A stretch of DNA of 64,000 nucleotides, from assembly GCA_015232015.1 (NCBI GenBank), contig JADGAM010000002.1, forward strand, positions 85-64,084, in the 5' to 3' direction. The first letter of the stretch is position 1. Every line of letters starts with the position of its first letter. The stretch comes from Oligoflexia bacterium. Its GTDB lineage: Bacteria > Bdellovibrionota > Bacteriovoracia > Bacteriovoracales > Bacteriovoracaceae. The notes beneath the pieces are model-generated. The model was given only the letters and a program-made list of their open reading frames with translations. It had not been told where the DNA came from and searched no databases. Both the position numbers and the translations under genes were made by a program. This document shows positions 17,248-26,708 of the stretch, in pieces.

Positions 17248-18420
17248 ATGTGTAATTCATCTTCAGTTTACATCCTCTCTTCATCTCGCACTGCTATTGG
17301 TAGTTATTTAGGAAAACTCTCTACAATTCCTGCTACTCGCCTTGGAGCACAAGTTATAGATGCGTCCATAAAGAAGGCGGGCATCGATTGCAAGGAAGTA
17401 GATGAAGTTATTATGGGACAAGTTTTGCAAGCAGGAGTTGGCCAGGCCCCAGCAAGACAAGCGGCCATCTTTGCAAAACTTCCATCCTCTACTGCTTGTA
17501 CTACGATAAACAAAGTTTGTGGTTCCGGAATGAGAAGTATAATTATTGGTGCACAAGCAATAAAACTTGAGGAAGCACATGTGGTAGTTGCAGGTGGAAT
17601 GGAAAATATGTCTCTTTCACCACACTTTGTTCCCAGCTCTAGAGCAGGAATGAAATTTGGTAATGTTGAACTTAAGGATACTATGCAATGGGATGGTCTA
17701 TGGGATGTGTATAGCGACAGAACAATGGGTAGTTGCGCGGAAGAGTGTGTGAAACGCTATTCTCTATCTAGAAAAGCTCAAGATGATTTTGCAATCAACT
17801 CTTTTAAAAAAGCGCAACAAGCAATTAAAGAGGGTATTTTTACAAGTGAAATTTCTGAAACAACAATCGTAGATAAAAAGGGAAACATAATTGTTAATGA
17901 AGATGAAGGACCATTTAAGGCCAACTTTGAAAAAATCCCAGCTCTAAAAGCAGCGTTTGAAAAAGATGGAACTATCACCGCCGCCAATGCTTCAACTATC
18001 AATGATGGCGCAGCAGCTGTAGTTTTATCAAATCACAATCACAACGGAAAAGCAAAATTCAAAATTCGTTCTTACGCTGCTCACTCTGAAGATCCTACTT
18101 GGTTTACAGTTGCTCCTATAGGTGCAATCAACAAAGCATTGAGAGTGGCCAATCTTGATATTAAAGATGTTGGTCTATTTGAAATAAATGAAGCGTTCGC
18201 TTGTGTAACCATGGCCGCCATTCAAGAATTTAAAATTGATGAGGCAAAAGTAAATGTTTTTGGAGGGGCAGTGGCCTTAGGTCACCCTATTGGTGCTTCA
18301 GGAGCAAGAATTATTGTTACTTTGATGAATGCCATGGAAAGAAAGGGAGTATCTATTGGTTTGGCCGCCATTTGTATTGGTGGTGGAGAAGCATTATCAA
18401 TGATTATCGAACGAATCTAA
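17248..18420 (+). CDS. Acetyl-CoA C-acetyltransferase (thiolase II)
   Basis: The start is moved to ATG 17248, with AAGGA 7 nt upstream. Reads NKVCGSGMRS (active Cys), GHPIGASGARI and CIGGGEA. Confidence 0.9.
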   Translation: MCNSSSVYILSSSRTAIGSYLGKLSTIPATRLGAQVIDASIKKAGIDCKEVDEVIMGQVLQAGVGQAPARQAAIFAKLPSSTACTTINKVCGSGMRSIIIGAQAIKLEEAHVVVAGGMENMSLSPHFVPSSRAGMKFGNVELKDTMQWDGLWDVYSDRTMGSCAEECVKRYSLSRKAQDDFAINSFKKAQQAIKEGIFTSEISETTIVDKKGNIIVNEDEGPFKANFEKIPALKAAFEKDGTITAANASTINDGAAAVVLSNHNHNGKAKFKIRSYAAHSEDPTWFTVAPIGAINKALRVANLDIKDVGLFEINEAFACVTMAAIQEFKIDEAKVNVFGGAVALGHPIGASGARIIVTLMNAMERKGVSIGLAAICIGGGEALSMIIERI

Positions 18421-18523
18421 AATATCTTATCTTTATTCATTATCAAATAAAATATATTCTCTTTCTATTCTAATTCTATTCCATTTCTCTATAGTTTTTT
18501 TTAAAAAAACCGATCTGATACTC

Positions 18524-19783
18524 ATGAAGCTATTAGATCAACTATTAGATAAATTTAAAAAAAATAAAAATTCCACTAAAGGATCTGAAGAAAAAAATAC
18601 CACACAAATATCAGTAGAAACAACAAACAATTCTGATACAGGAACTGATACAGGTATTACTAACCCTGCTAAATTATCCATTCCCAATATTACTTCATCA
18701 ATTAAAAACATTTTACATTCGGATAAACAAAAAAACAGTAATTCTCCAGATATTACCAAAGAAGAAGCTGGAGAAAAAAAAGCAAAACGCACTAAGATAA
18801 TCAAGTATGTTTTAATGGGAGCAGTGATTATCGTAGCAGGAAGTATTTTACTTGAACCCAATGAAGACCCTCAAGTCAAAAGCACCAAAAATGCTAATGG
18901 CAATATAGAAGCATCTCAAGATAATAAAGGAAAACTTAGAAGAAAGTTTAAACCAAAAATTGTTGAATCTAATGAAATGAAAAAAGAGCTTAAAGAAAAT
19001 AAGGATAGTAATGAAAATAAAGAAAATAATGAGATAAAAGAAATAAAAGAAAATTCGACGACAACGACGGCCACTACAGAAAACAGTAATAGTATCAGTA
19101 ATAGCAATAGTGACAATAATGTCGTACCTGCGCCTTCTTCTACAAACGAAATAAAAACATTCGCCCCTGAAGCACCTTCTACAATAGTTGGACAAAAAGA
19201 TGTTAAAGAAGTTGAAATTAAAGAAACAACTAATACTAAAAATTCTCAAACATCATCAACAGCTATCGATGATACATATGCAGCTCCACTAATATCTAAA
19301 GATATTGATAAACTTAAAAACGCAGTAAGCAAATTTTCTGTTGAGGAAAAAAGTATTGATACCGAAAAAAAAGATGATGAGAATGACAAAAGTGACAAAA
19401 GTGATAAAAGTGATAAAAACGAAGAAACAGGCCCAGAAACAAATAAAGAAAAAAACAATCAAACACAGAGAATTCCTTCGTCCAAGAATTTATCTCTGAA
19501 TCCAGATTCTCTAACTAATGAAAACAATGCTCACGCGTTACCTATTCCTAATTATAATTCCAAAGGGAGAGGTCTAGTATATAATTGCAAAGGAAAACAT
19601 TGGGCATGCTTAAATAAAGAACATTATTTTCAATGTAAAAGTAACCAAATTTGGTCTAAACAAAAGAATACATCTCCTACTTGTGTAATATTTGAAGTAT
19701 ATGCATCAGAAGAAGATTGTATAGAAACACAGAAAATGAAAGTAAATGAAAGCGGTTCAGCTAGTAAACTTTGTGATAATTAA
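18524..19783 (+). CDS. Membrane-anchored low-complexity protein with C-terminal Cys-rich domain
   Basis: One TM segment (IIKYVLMGAVIIVAGSILL). Long N/K/E/S-rich region with a DKSDKSDKSDK repeat. The last ~80 aa contain 6 Cys (..YNCKGKHWACLNKEHYFQCKSN..PTCVIF..EDCIETQ..). Confidence 0.5.
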   Translation: MKLLDQLLDKFKKNKNSTKGSEEKNTTQISVETTNNSDTGTDTGITNPAKLSIPNITSSIKNILHSDKQKNSNSPDITKEEAGEKKAKRTKIIKYVLMGAVIIVAGSILLEPNEDPQVKSTKNANGNIEASQDNKGKLRRKFKPKIVESNEMKKELKENKDSNENKENNEIKEIKENSTTTTATTENSNSISNSNSDNNVVPAPSSTNEIKTFAPEAPSTIVGQKDVKEVEIKETTNTKNSQTSSTAIDDTYAAPLISKDIDKLKNAVSKFSVEEKSIDTEKKDDENDKSDKSDKSDKNEETGPETNKEKNNQTQRIPSSKNLSLNPDSLTNENNAHALPIPNYNSKGRGLVYNCKGKHWACLNKEHYFQCKSNQIWSKQKNTSPTCVIFEVYASEEDCIETQKMKVNESGSASKLCDN

Positions 19784-19792
19784 ATTTAAATT

Positions 19793-20758
19793 ATGAAACA
19801 AAAACTAAAAAAAATAAAAAAAATAAAAAATAATAATTCACCAAAAAATCGAATTGTCTCAGTAAAAACTGAAGAATTGGCCACTCTTAAAAAAAGTCTC
19901 GACAATTTAATAGGTAATATGGAAACAGAGTTGAGTAGAGTTAAAAAATTACACACACAACATGTTCCTTTAAGATTTGAAAAATTTAAGGGATTACAAA
20001 TCATTAGTAAGTACAAAACAGGAGATCAAAATGGTGGTGAATTTTTTGATTTAATAAATAACAATAATAAACTATTCATGATTTTATCATCATCTTCTTC
20101 TTATCTATCGTCAAGTTGCGTTGTTGATTCATTTTTAAAATTAAGCGAACACTCAAATTTAAATTATCAAAAATCGGACACCTTCATAAAAATTTTAAAT
20201 AATGAATTGATCAACAACATTAAGGAAAGTCTTAAACCAAAGTACAGAGGTGACAAATTCATTCCTCCAAATACAAATGTTAAACATTCAGTCGAAATTA
20301 TTACCGCGGAAATCGATTTAAAAACACTAACAATGGAGGGAATTAATCTCGGAACTACTCTTTTGTTTTCAAAAGAAATGGAATCTTATTTTGATAAAAA
20401 TGAGATACAATTACCAATCTCTAATATCTCTAATATCTCTAATAATAATCGTAATGATGAACTAGATAATATTGATCAAATTTTGAACACATATCGCTTT
20501 AAAATAAAATTTAAAAGGGGAGAAAGACTGCTACTGCTCTCACCGGGATTTCGTAAAAATACAAAAGATATTCTTGATGACACACATATAAGTGATTTTA
20601 TAAAAATTCATAATAACAAAATATTATCTGATTTAATTAATGAATTATTTTTTCACTTAAAAAAATATAATGACTATAATATGAGTAACAATTATCCTAT
20701 ATATGATTCTTCATCAATAATTATCGAGGTAAATGAAAATGTTATCACTGAAGTCTAG
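19793..20758 (+). CDS. Degenerate PP2C/SpoIIE-like protein (probable pseudophosphatase)
   Basis: The landmark order matches SpoIIE-type PP2C: GDQNGGEFFDL (cf. GGDFYD), ..LFMILSSSSSY.. (where DVSGHG is expected), and GERLLLLSPGF (cf. GDxLLLyTDGl). The metal-binding Asp positions are substituted. Confidence 0.4.
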   Translation: MKQKLKKIKKIKNNNSPKNRIVSVKTEELATLKKSLDNLIGNMETELSRVKKLHTQHVPLRFEKFKGLQIISKYKTGDQNGGEFFDLINNNNKLFMILSSSSSYLSSSCVVDSFLKLSEHSNLNYQKSDTFIKILNNELINNIKESLKPKYRGDKFIPPNTNVKHSVEIITAEIDLKTLTMEGINLGTTLLFSKEMESYFDKNEIQLPISNISNISNNNRNDELDNIDQILNTYRFKIKFKRGERLLLLSPGFRKNTKDILDDTHISDFIKIHNNKILSDLINELFFHLKKYNDYNMSNNYPIYDSSSIIIEVNENVITEV

Positions 20759-21764
20759 AAAAAATAGAAAACTTATAACAAATATTTCCGTTTTTTTAAT
20801 ATTGGTGGCATACACTGCTTTTACATATGCTGACCAACAAACACAACAAGCGCCAACAATAGCAGTAACAAATAACAACTCTGCTACTAATGCTCAAAAT
20901 TCGACCAAAGTCACCGCTACACTCCCAGCGGCTACTCTCAACTTATTTACAGTGAAAGAATGCCTACAAAGTGATTTTAATATAAGAATTATGCACGACA
21001 CTTTTGCTTTTGGTTTATTTCAAAATGTCCTAAATATAGGAAAAAAGCACTGTATTTTAAAAATAAATCACGAAAAATATAAATTCATAAAATCAGGTTG
21101 GATAATCGATGTATGCCGGGGACCTATTCACATAAAAAAAGATTTAAATGGATTAAAAGTTATTAAGAAAGACTCTTATTGTTTTATGAGTGAACAAAAT
21201 GAAAACAGTCAGAGTGACAAAAATTTATCCGATTACTGTTTCGAATATTCAAAAATTCGTACCATTTTACAAGATGATGGCCTAATATTTGCGGACGGAG
21301 ATCGTGAAACTCTTTCTTCTGAGCATGGAAAAATTTATTGTGCTTCTTTACTTGTAAAAAAATACCTTCAAGATGCTTTAATTTTTAGTTTACATAATGA
21401 ATATGAAAACAATGTTAATCTATTAACAAATAACAATAGCTCTGAAATGCAACCTACTAATGCTATTAATACTACAATACTACCTACTTCACTTACTAAT
21501 GTTCAAGCTCAAACAAATCCAAGCACCATTACTACTTCCTCATGTAGTGATCCTAAGGCAACTGCAAATTCATCAACATCTTTTTGTAAACCAAACACAA
21601 ACACTGAAATAAAAAATAACAAAACAGAAGAAACAACCACTGCCCCTGCTGATACAACTAACAATACAGATACGAATACAAATCAAAATCAACAAGAACA
21701 AAGCAAAGATAAAGAGCACAAAAAAGATAAGAGTATATGGGATATATTTTTTGGATCTGATTAA
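20733..21764 (+). CDS. Secreted protein of unknown function
   Basis: Signal peptide ..ISVFLILVAYTAFTYA/DQQ. Cys-containing central domain and T/N-rich C-terminus. It overlaps the upstream ORF by 26 nt. Confidence 0.5.
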   Translation: MKMLSLKSRKNRKLITNISVFLILVAYTAFTYADQQTQQAPTIAVTNNNSATNAQNSTKVTATLPAATLNLFTVKECLQSDFNIRIMHDTFAFGLFQNVLNIGKKHCILKINHEKYKFIKSGWIIDVCRGPIHIKKDLNGLKVIKKDSYCFMSEQNENSQSDKNLSDYCFEYSKIRTILQDDGLIFADGDRETLSSEHGKIYCASLLVKKYLQDALIFSLHNEYENNVNLLTNNNSSEMQPTNAINTTILPTSLTNVQAQTNPSTITTSSCSDPKATANSSTSFCKPNTNTEIKNNKTEETTTAPADTTNNTDTNTNQNQQEQSKDKEHKKDKSIWDIFFGSD

Positions 21765-21777
21765 TAAATTTATTAAT
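21760..21777. terminator. AT-only palindrome filling the gap between convergent stops (possible weak bidirectional terminator)
   Basis: TTAATAAATTTATTAA is a perfect 16-bp palindrome (21761-21776), extendable by one pair. It contains the TAA of the + gene and abuts the hslU stop. Confidence 0.25.
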
Positions 21778-23187
21778 TTATAGAATGAATTTTGATAAAT
21801 CGGTTCTTTTAGCAAGATCTCCAACTGTTTTATTAACATACTTGGCATCAATTTTTATTGTCTTTCCTTCATTTTCATTGGCCTTAAAACTAATCTCTTC
21901 AAGCATCTTTTCCAAAACAGTATGCAATCTTCTAGCACCAATATTTTCCACATTTTGATTTATTTCAAATGCTAGGGAAGCAATTTCTTTAATTGCCTCA
22001 GTTGAGAAATCAAGGGTTACTCCTTCTGTAAACATCAATGCCTTATATTGCTTAATTAAATTTGCTTCTGTTTCAGTTAAAATATTTATAAAATCTTCTG
22101 ATGTTAGGGCCGCTAATTCTACTCTAATAGGAAGTCTTCCTTGAAGTTCTGGCAACAAATCTGATGGTTTTGCAACATGAAAAGCACCCGAAGCAATAAA
22201 AAGTATATGGTTAGTTTTTACAGTACCATGTTTTGTTAGGACCGAAGTTCCCTCTATCAATGGCAATAAATCCCTTTGCACTCCTTCTCTACTAACATCT
22301 GCTCCACCGCTAGTATGTCTCTCTGAACGTGCACATATCTTATCAAATTCATCAATAAAGACTATTCCATTTTGTTCAACAGCGGTGATTGCCTCTTGAA
22401 CCATTTTTTCATGATCTAATAACTTATCACCTTCTTCGTTCATAATGATCTTGTATGCTTCTTTTACAGTTAGCCTTCTATTTTTTGTTTTATTTCCAAA
22501 TGCTTTTCCCAGAGCATCGCCAATGTTCATCATTCCAATCTGTGCTCCTGGCATTCCGGGAATATCAAATGTTGGAAAAAGATTTGCATTTTCATTAACT
22601 TTAATTTCTATCTCTTTATCATTTAGTTCACCTTTAACTAAAAGATCATGATAGTACTCTCGGCCCTCACTATTGGAAGGATTACTCTCTAATGCATCTA
22701 AAATACGTCTTTCTGCGTGTTCATTCGCTTGAATTTCTACTTTTTTTCTTAATAGTTCTTTTGTTAAATTTATTGATATTTCAAGAAGATCACGAATGAT
22801 TTGCTCTACATCTCTTCCCACGTAACCTATTTCAGTATATTTTGTGGCCTCTACTTTAATAAAAGGGGCATTAACTAATCTTGCTAAACGTTTTGCAATT
22901 TCAGTTTTACCAACACCAGTGGGCCCTATCATTAAAATATTTTTTGGTTGAACCTCTTCTTTTAAATTATCATCTAATCTTTGTCGTCTCCATCGATTTC
23001 GAAGTGCTATTGCAACCGCCTTTTTTGCATCATTTTGCCCAATAATAAATCGATTCAACTCTTCTACTATTTTTCGCGGAGTTAATTCTTTATCTTTATC
23101 ATTATCTTTATTTTTTTCTTTTTCTTTTTCTTTATCTTTTTCTTTATCTTTATCTTTTCTTTCATTTTTAATTTTAATTTTACTCAT
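21778..23187 (-). CDS. hslU: ATP-dependent protease ATPase subunit HslU
   Basis: Reads ..[33 protein letters not shown].., Walker [16 protein letters not shown], and [10 protein letters not shown]. It has a ~35-aa K/D/E-rich N-terminal extension. Confidence 0.95.
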   Translation of the reverse strand: MSKIKIKNERKDKDKEKDKEKEKEKNKDNDKDKELTPRKIVEELNRFIIGQNDAKKAVAIALRNRWRRQRLDDNLKEEVQPKNILMIGPTGVGKTEIAKRLARLVNAPFIKVEATKYTEIGYVGRDVEQIIRDLLEISINLTKELLRKKVEIQANEHAERRILDALESNPSNSEGREYYHDLLVKGELNDKEIEIKVNENANLFPTFDIPGMPGAQIGMMNIGDALGKAFGNKTKNRRLTVKEAYKIIMNEEGDKLLDHEKMVQEAITAVEQNGIVFIDEFDKICARSERHTSGGADVSREGVQRDLLPLIEGTSVLTKHGTVKTNHILFIASGAFHVAKPSDLLPELQGRLPIRVELAALTSEDFINILTETEANLIKQYKALMFTEGVTLDFSTEAIKEIASLAFEINQNVENIGARRLHTVLEKMLEEISFKANENEGKTIKIDAKYVNKTVGDLAKRTDLSKFIL

Positions 23188-23245
23188 GAGTTATTTCCTA
23201 AAAATGCAAAACGCATACTTTATTGTTTTATTTTTTTATTTTTTC

Positions 23246-23791
23246 CTATAACATTTCAATTGTAAATTTAGTATTTGTGTAAATACATATTTCAGAGGCA
23301 ATTTGCATGGCCTTCATTGCAATATCTTCTGCACTTAAAGCTTCCATATCAATCAAAGCTTTGGCGGCCGCCAAAGCATAAGGTCCTCCTGAACCTATTC
23401 CTATCAGACCTTTTTCAGGCTCCAACACATCACCTGTTCCTGAAATTAGCAATGAAACAGATTTATCCGCAACCGCCATCATTGCTTCCAATCTTCTTAA
23501 ATATTTATCTGTTCTCCAATCTTTTGCTAACTCAACGGCCGCCCTTGAAAGTTGCTTGGGATATTTTTCTAATTTCTCTTCTAAACGTTCAAATAAAGTT
23601 AAAGCATCAGCAGTAGCGCCAGCAAAACCTGCAATCACTTGTCCATTGTGAAGACGTCTTACTTTTTTTGCTTCTGACTTTAAAATTATATCCCCCATAG
23701 TAACCTGTCCATCTCCTGCAATTACAACTTTATTATCTTTACGAACAGAGACTATGGTTGTTCCGTGCCAAGTAACATATTCCATTCCCAT
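23246..23791 (-). CDS. hslV: ATP-dependent protease subunit HslV (with short N-terminal propeptide)
   Basis: [34 protein letters not shown] matches HslV throughout. ATG 23791 is preferred, with GGAG 9 nt upstream. The listed ORF begins at TTG 23815. Confidence 0.9.
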   Translation of the reverse strand: MGMEYVTWHGTTIVSVRKDNKVVIAGDGQVTMGDIILKSEAKKVRRLHNGQVIAGFAGATADALTLFERLEEKLEKYPKQLSRAAVELAKDWRTDKYLRRLEAMMAVADKSVSLLISGTGDVLEPEKGLIGIGSGGPYALAAAKALIDMEALSAEDIAMKAMQIASEICIYTNTKFTIEML

Positions 23792-23818
23792 CTTTATAAC
23801 TCCATATTTGTTCAATTT

Positions 23819-25534
23819 TTATTTAGAAAGCGCTGTTGTGGTCACAAGTGCAACCATATTTTTCTCTCTAAAATCTAATAATTTTATATACGCTTTATTT
23901 AAATCATCACCATATTTATAATTTAAAAACTTATAAATATCTCTATCAATAAGTACTACAGCTTTTTCGGCATTCATATTTTTTTGATGTCGACATTTTT
24001 CAATATATGCCTCCATTTCAGGCATAATTAAGTCAGTAACTTCGCCATATCCTTCCCAAGAGGCAAAATTAACTAAACTATAATATGGATATATTCCATT
24101 TACAATTTTCCAATTTATTAATTTTTTTTCTACCTTTCTCGCTGTCTCCCTCTGGGATACATCAATATTTGAAAAATATTCCGCAGAATAAATTGAAGAG
24201 TTTTCCAAAACATCTACGATCTTAAAAATTTCTCTATCTCTAGTTATACTAGTAGTAAGTGGAAAAACCAACAATGACAAAGTTAAAACGATTAACAATC
24301 TTTTATAAACAAAAATAAATCCTCTATGAAATCTATCATGTAATTTAGTTAACGGATATGCTGCTAGCACTGCTAGTGCCGGAAATGATGGCACAATATA
24401 ATTTGAATATTTCCATCTAACTAAAGAAAAAGCACCAACTACAACAAGAAATAACGAAACAAAAAGCAAAGTAATATTTTTAAATTTCTCATTTTCTTTT
24501 CCACTAGCAACATTGTGATGCCTTTTAAATATGTTCTTACCTTTTATTTCTTTAATTTCTTTAATCTCTTTAATCCACTTAAAAAGAAAATCTCTTATTA
24601 TAAAAACAATTCCAAAGATTCCTAATATCGACCATGGTCCCATGTTCTCAAAAAAGTAATATGGATAAAGCATTAGCATAAACTCTTTTTGTCCTCTCCC
24701 TTGAACAATAGTTGGAAACAATTGATTGTTAACATAATCCCAAAAAATAATTTCATGCCCTTGCAAATATAAAAGTGCTGGCCAAAGTGAGAATAGAGCT
24801 AGACCCAATAAGAGAGATACCCAAGGCATAATTTTTTTCAGAATAGACAATTTTCCAGTCAATAATAAATGCAATACTACTGTCATTGGTACAACTAGAG
24901 CTGGAGGACCTTTTTCCCAAAGGCATAAAGCAAAGAAAATTCCCGCCAAAATCCAATAAAAAAACCATTTCCATTTCTCTCTGTTTCTTTTGAATGATGA
25001 AAACTTACATGCTTGATTAGCTTGATACGCTTGATATGCTTGATAATAGAAAAATATGGAAAATAAAATTAAGGCCATCAAAGTTATATCTAAACCAGGT
25101 GATCTAGCTTTTTTAAATAGTGGTGGCAGGAGAGCAAAAATAAGTCCAGAATAGAATGCAAAAACTCTATTTCCCGATTGCCCAACAAAATAAGTTAATA
25201 AAACTATACTGGCAAAGGCCCAACTAACGCTAAAAAACCTAGCGGAAACATAGTTAAAACCAAATATTTTAAAAAATATTCCTTCTAAAATAAATAACAG
25301 TGGAGGATGTTGATTATATAGGGGGTAATTAATGTCACTTACATATGGAACAATCCAGTTACCATAAAGCAAGGCATTTTTCCCTATGGCGGCATATAAG
25401 TATCCATCATGAAAAAAACCTCGCACCCATAAATGTTGGTAAAGCAAAATGATGGCGGTTAAAAACACCAACGTATAACTAATTTTAAGTGACTTTTTAT
25501 CTTCTTTTTTTAGCATTCTTAAAAAGACCAACAA
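23819..25534 (-). CDS. GT-C family membrane glycosyltransferase (ArnT/PMT-like, GT39/GT83-type)
   Basis: Polytopic, 571 aa. N-terminal loop ..GFFHDGYLYAAIGKNALLYGNWIVPY..YNQHPPLLF.. is typical of ArnT/PMT_2 enzymes. It contains in-frame repeats (AYQAYQANQA; KEIKEIKEIK). Confidence 0.7.
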   Translation of the reverse strand: MLVFLRMLKKEDKKSLKISYTLVFLTAIILLYQHLWVRGFFHDGYLYAAIGKNALLYGNWIVPYVSDINYPLYNQHPPLLFILEGIFFKIFGFNYVSARFFSVSWAFASIVLLTYFVGQSGNRVFAFYSGLIFALLPPLFKKARSPGLDITLMALILFSIFFYYQAYQAYQANQACKFSSFKRNREKWKWFFYWILAGIFFALCLWEKGPPALVVPMTVVLHLLLTGKLSILKKIMPWVSLLLGLALFSLWPALLYLQGHEIIFWDYVNNQLFPTIVQGRGQKEFMLMLYPYYFFENMGPWSILGIFGIVFIIRDFLFKWIKEIKEIKEIKGKNIFKRHHNVASGKENEKFKNITLLFVSLFLVVVGAFSLVRWKYSNYIVPSFPALAVLAAYPLTKLHDRFHRGFIFVYKRLLIVLTLSLLVFPLTTSITRDREIFKIVDVLENSSIYSAEYFSNIDVSQRETARKVEKKLINWKIVNGIYPYYSLVNFASWEGYGEVTDLIMPEMEAYIEKCRHQKNMNAEKAVVLIDRDIYKFLNYKYGDDLNKAYIKLLDFREKNMVALVTTTALSK

Positions 25535-25549
25535 TTAACCAATATTTAT

Positions 25550-26062
25550 TTAACCAATTAAATACTGAAATTTTGTTTTAGGGTATTCATAATTTAATTC
25601 CAAATCTATTTTTGGAATTAATTCATTAATAAAAAAATTCTTCCACATTAAATCTTTAAAAGACATAACAACAACAATTTTTAAATTATACCCTTTTACA
25701 ATTTCAGAAAAATTTTTAAACTTTTCTATTAACCAAATTAATTTATCTTCATTCATATTAGGATTAGGATTAGGCCTTTGTGAGATTGTTTTGAAAGCAG
25801 TTTTCAAAACTGACTGTAGATTAATGAAATTTAGATAAAATTTTCTGTTAAATGCTTCTGTAAGAAATAATTCCTGATCATCATCTTTGTTATCTCTTCT
25901 ACTAATACTAGTAGCAACCGCTCCATCTAATAAATAATCCATTACTGAATATCCCCAAGGATACTCAGTAATGTTGACATCACTCAACCATAATACTCCA
26001 ACAGTATTTAAATCCACATAATCTAAAATCAATTTTTCATCACTCATTATTTTGATCATCAC
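25550..26062 (-). CDS. Hypothetical protein
   Basis: 170-aa ORF. It overlaps the nusB end by 23 nt and is co-directional within the operon. No domain recognised. Confidence 0.45.
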   Translation of the reverse strand: MMIKIMSDEKLILDYVDLNTVGVLWLSDVNITEYPWGYSVMDYLLDGAVATSISRRDNKDDDQELFLTEAFNRKFYLNFINLQSVLKTAFKTISQRPNPNPNMNEDKLIWLIEKFKNFSEIVKGYNLKIVVVMSFKDLMWKNFFINELIPKIDLELNYEYPKTKFQYLIG

Positions 26063-26648
26063 TTTGATCCTGAGCTTGATTTTGAATTTGAGCTTGAGCT
26101 TGAGTTTTTTCTTTTTCTAAAGTTCTTACAATTGCATCCAAAATACCATTAACAAAGGCCCAGGATTGTTCATCAGAAAATGATTTGGCCATCTCTATGG
26201 CCTCATCAATAACAACTCTCTTTGGAGTATCTTTAAGATAAATTAACTCATATACGGCCTGTAATAATATTGTTAGATCCACTTTTGCAATTTTAGCTAT
26301 AGACCAATTCTTAGAATGTGCTTCAATTATTTTTTCTAATTCATGATATTTTGAAAGCACTCCAGTAACGATTGAGAGTGCGTACTGCATATTTTTTCCG
26401 AGGGGAATTTTTATGGTGTTTGTATCTTTGTTTGTCTCTTTTTTATCTACTTCTAGTTCACATTCAAGTGAAGAAAGAGTTTCATTAAAATTTTCTATTG
26501 ACTCAAGAATATACTTTCCACGCAAATTATCATCCAACAATTTATCTCTAATCTCTTTTATCTCTCTAAATTGCAAATGATATAAAAATTGAAAAGAGTA
26601 TATCCTTGCAATTCTTCTTGGATGTAATTTGTTTTGTGGATGTCGCAT
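26040..26648 (-). CDS. nusB: Transcription antitermination factor NusB (with insert and Q-rich tail)
   Basis: Reads ..RRIARIYSFQFLYHL.. and ..PKRVVIDEAIEMAKSFSDEQSWAFVNGILDAI... The C-terminal tail is QAQAQIQNQAQDQSDDQ. Confidence 0.85.
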   Translation of the reverse strand: MRHPQNKLHPRRIARIYSFQFLYHLQFREIKEIRDKLLDDNLRGKYILESIENFNETLSSLECELEVDKKETNKDTNTIKIPLGKNMQYALSIVTGVLSKYHELEKIIEAHSKNWSIAKIAKVDLTILLQAVYELIYLKDTPKRVVIDEAIEMAKSFSDEQSWAFVNGILDAIVRTLEKEKTQAQAQIQNQAQDQSDDQNNE

Positions 26649-26665
26649 ATTAATTATCCATTCTT

Positions 26666-26683
26666 AAGGCCTGAAAAGGCCTT
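26666..26683 (-). terminator. Short GC-containing hairpin between glyA and nusB (weak terminator/attenuator candidate)
   Basis: AAGGCC-(6 nt)-GGCCTT. It is one of the few GC stems in an intergenic region here. It has no downstream U-run on the minus strand. Confidence 0.25.
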
Positions 26684-26708
26684 TATCTCTTACTTAGTTA
26701 TTAGCGGA

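Noticed and set aside
18538-19458. Several long antisense ORFs (18538-18861, 18848-19249, 18916-19116, 19246-19458). Similar ones occur at 4483-4861, 17304-17580, 40835-41233 and 39892-40180
   Set aside because: All lie opposite longer plus- or minus-strand ORFs, some with motif support. Their translations are F/L/S/I-rich mirror images of K/E/N-rich coding repeats. This is typical of shadow ORFs in AT-rich low-complexity DNA.
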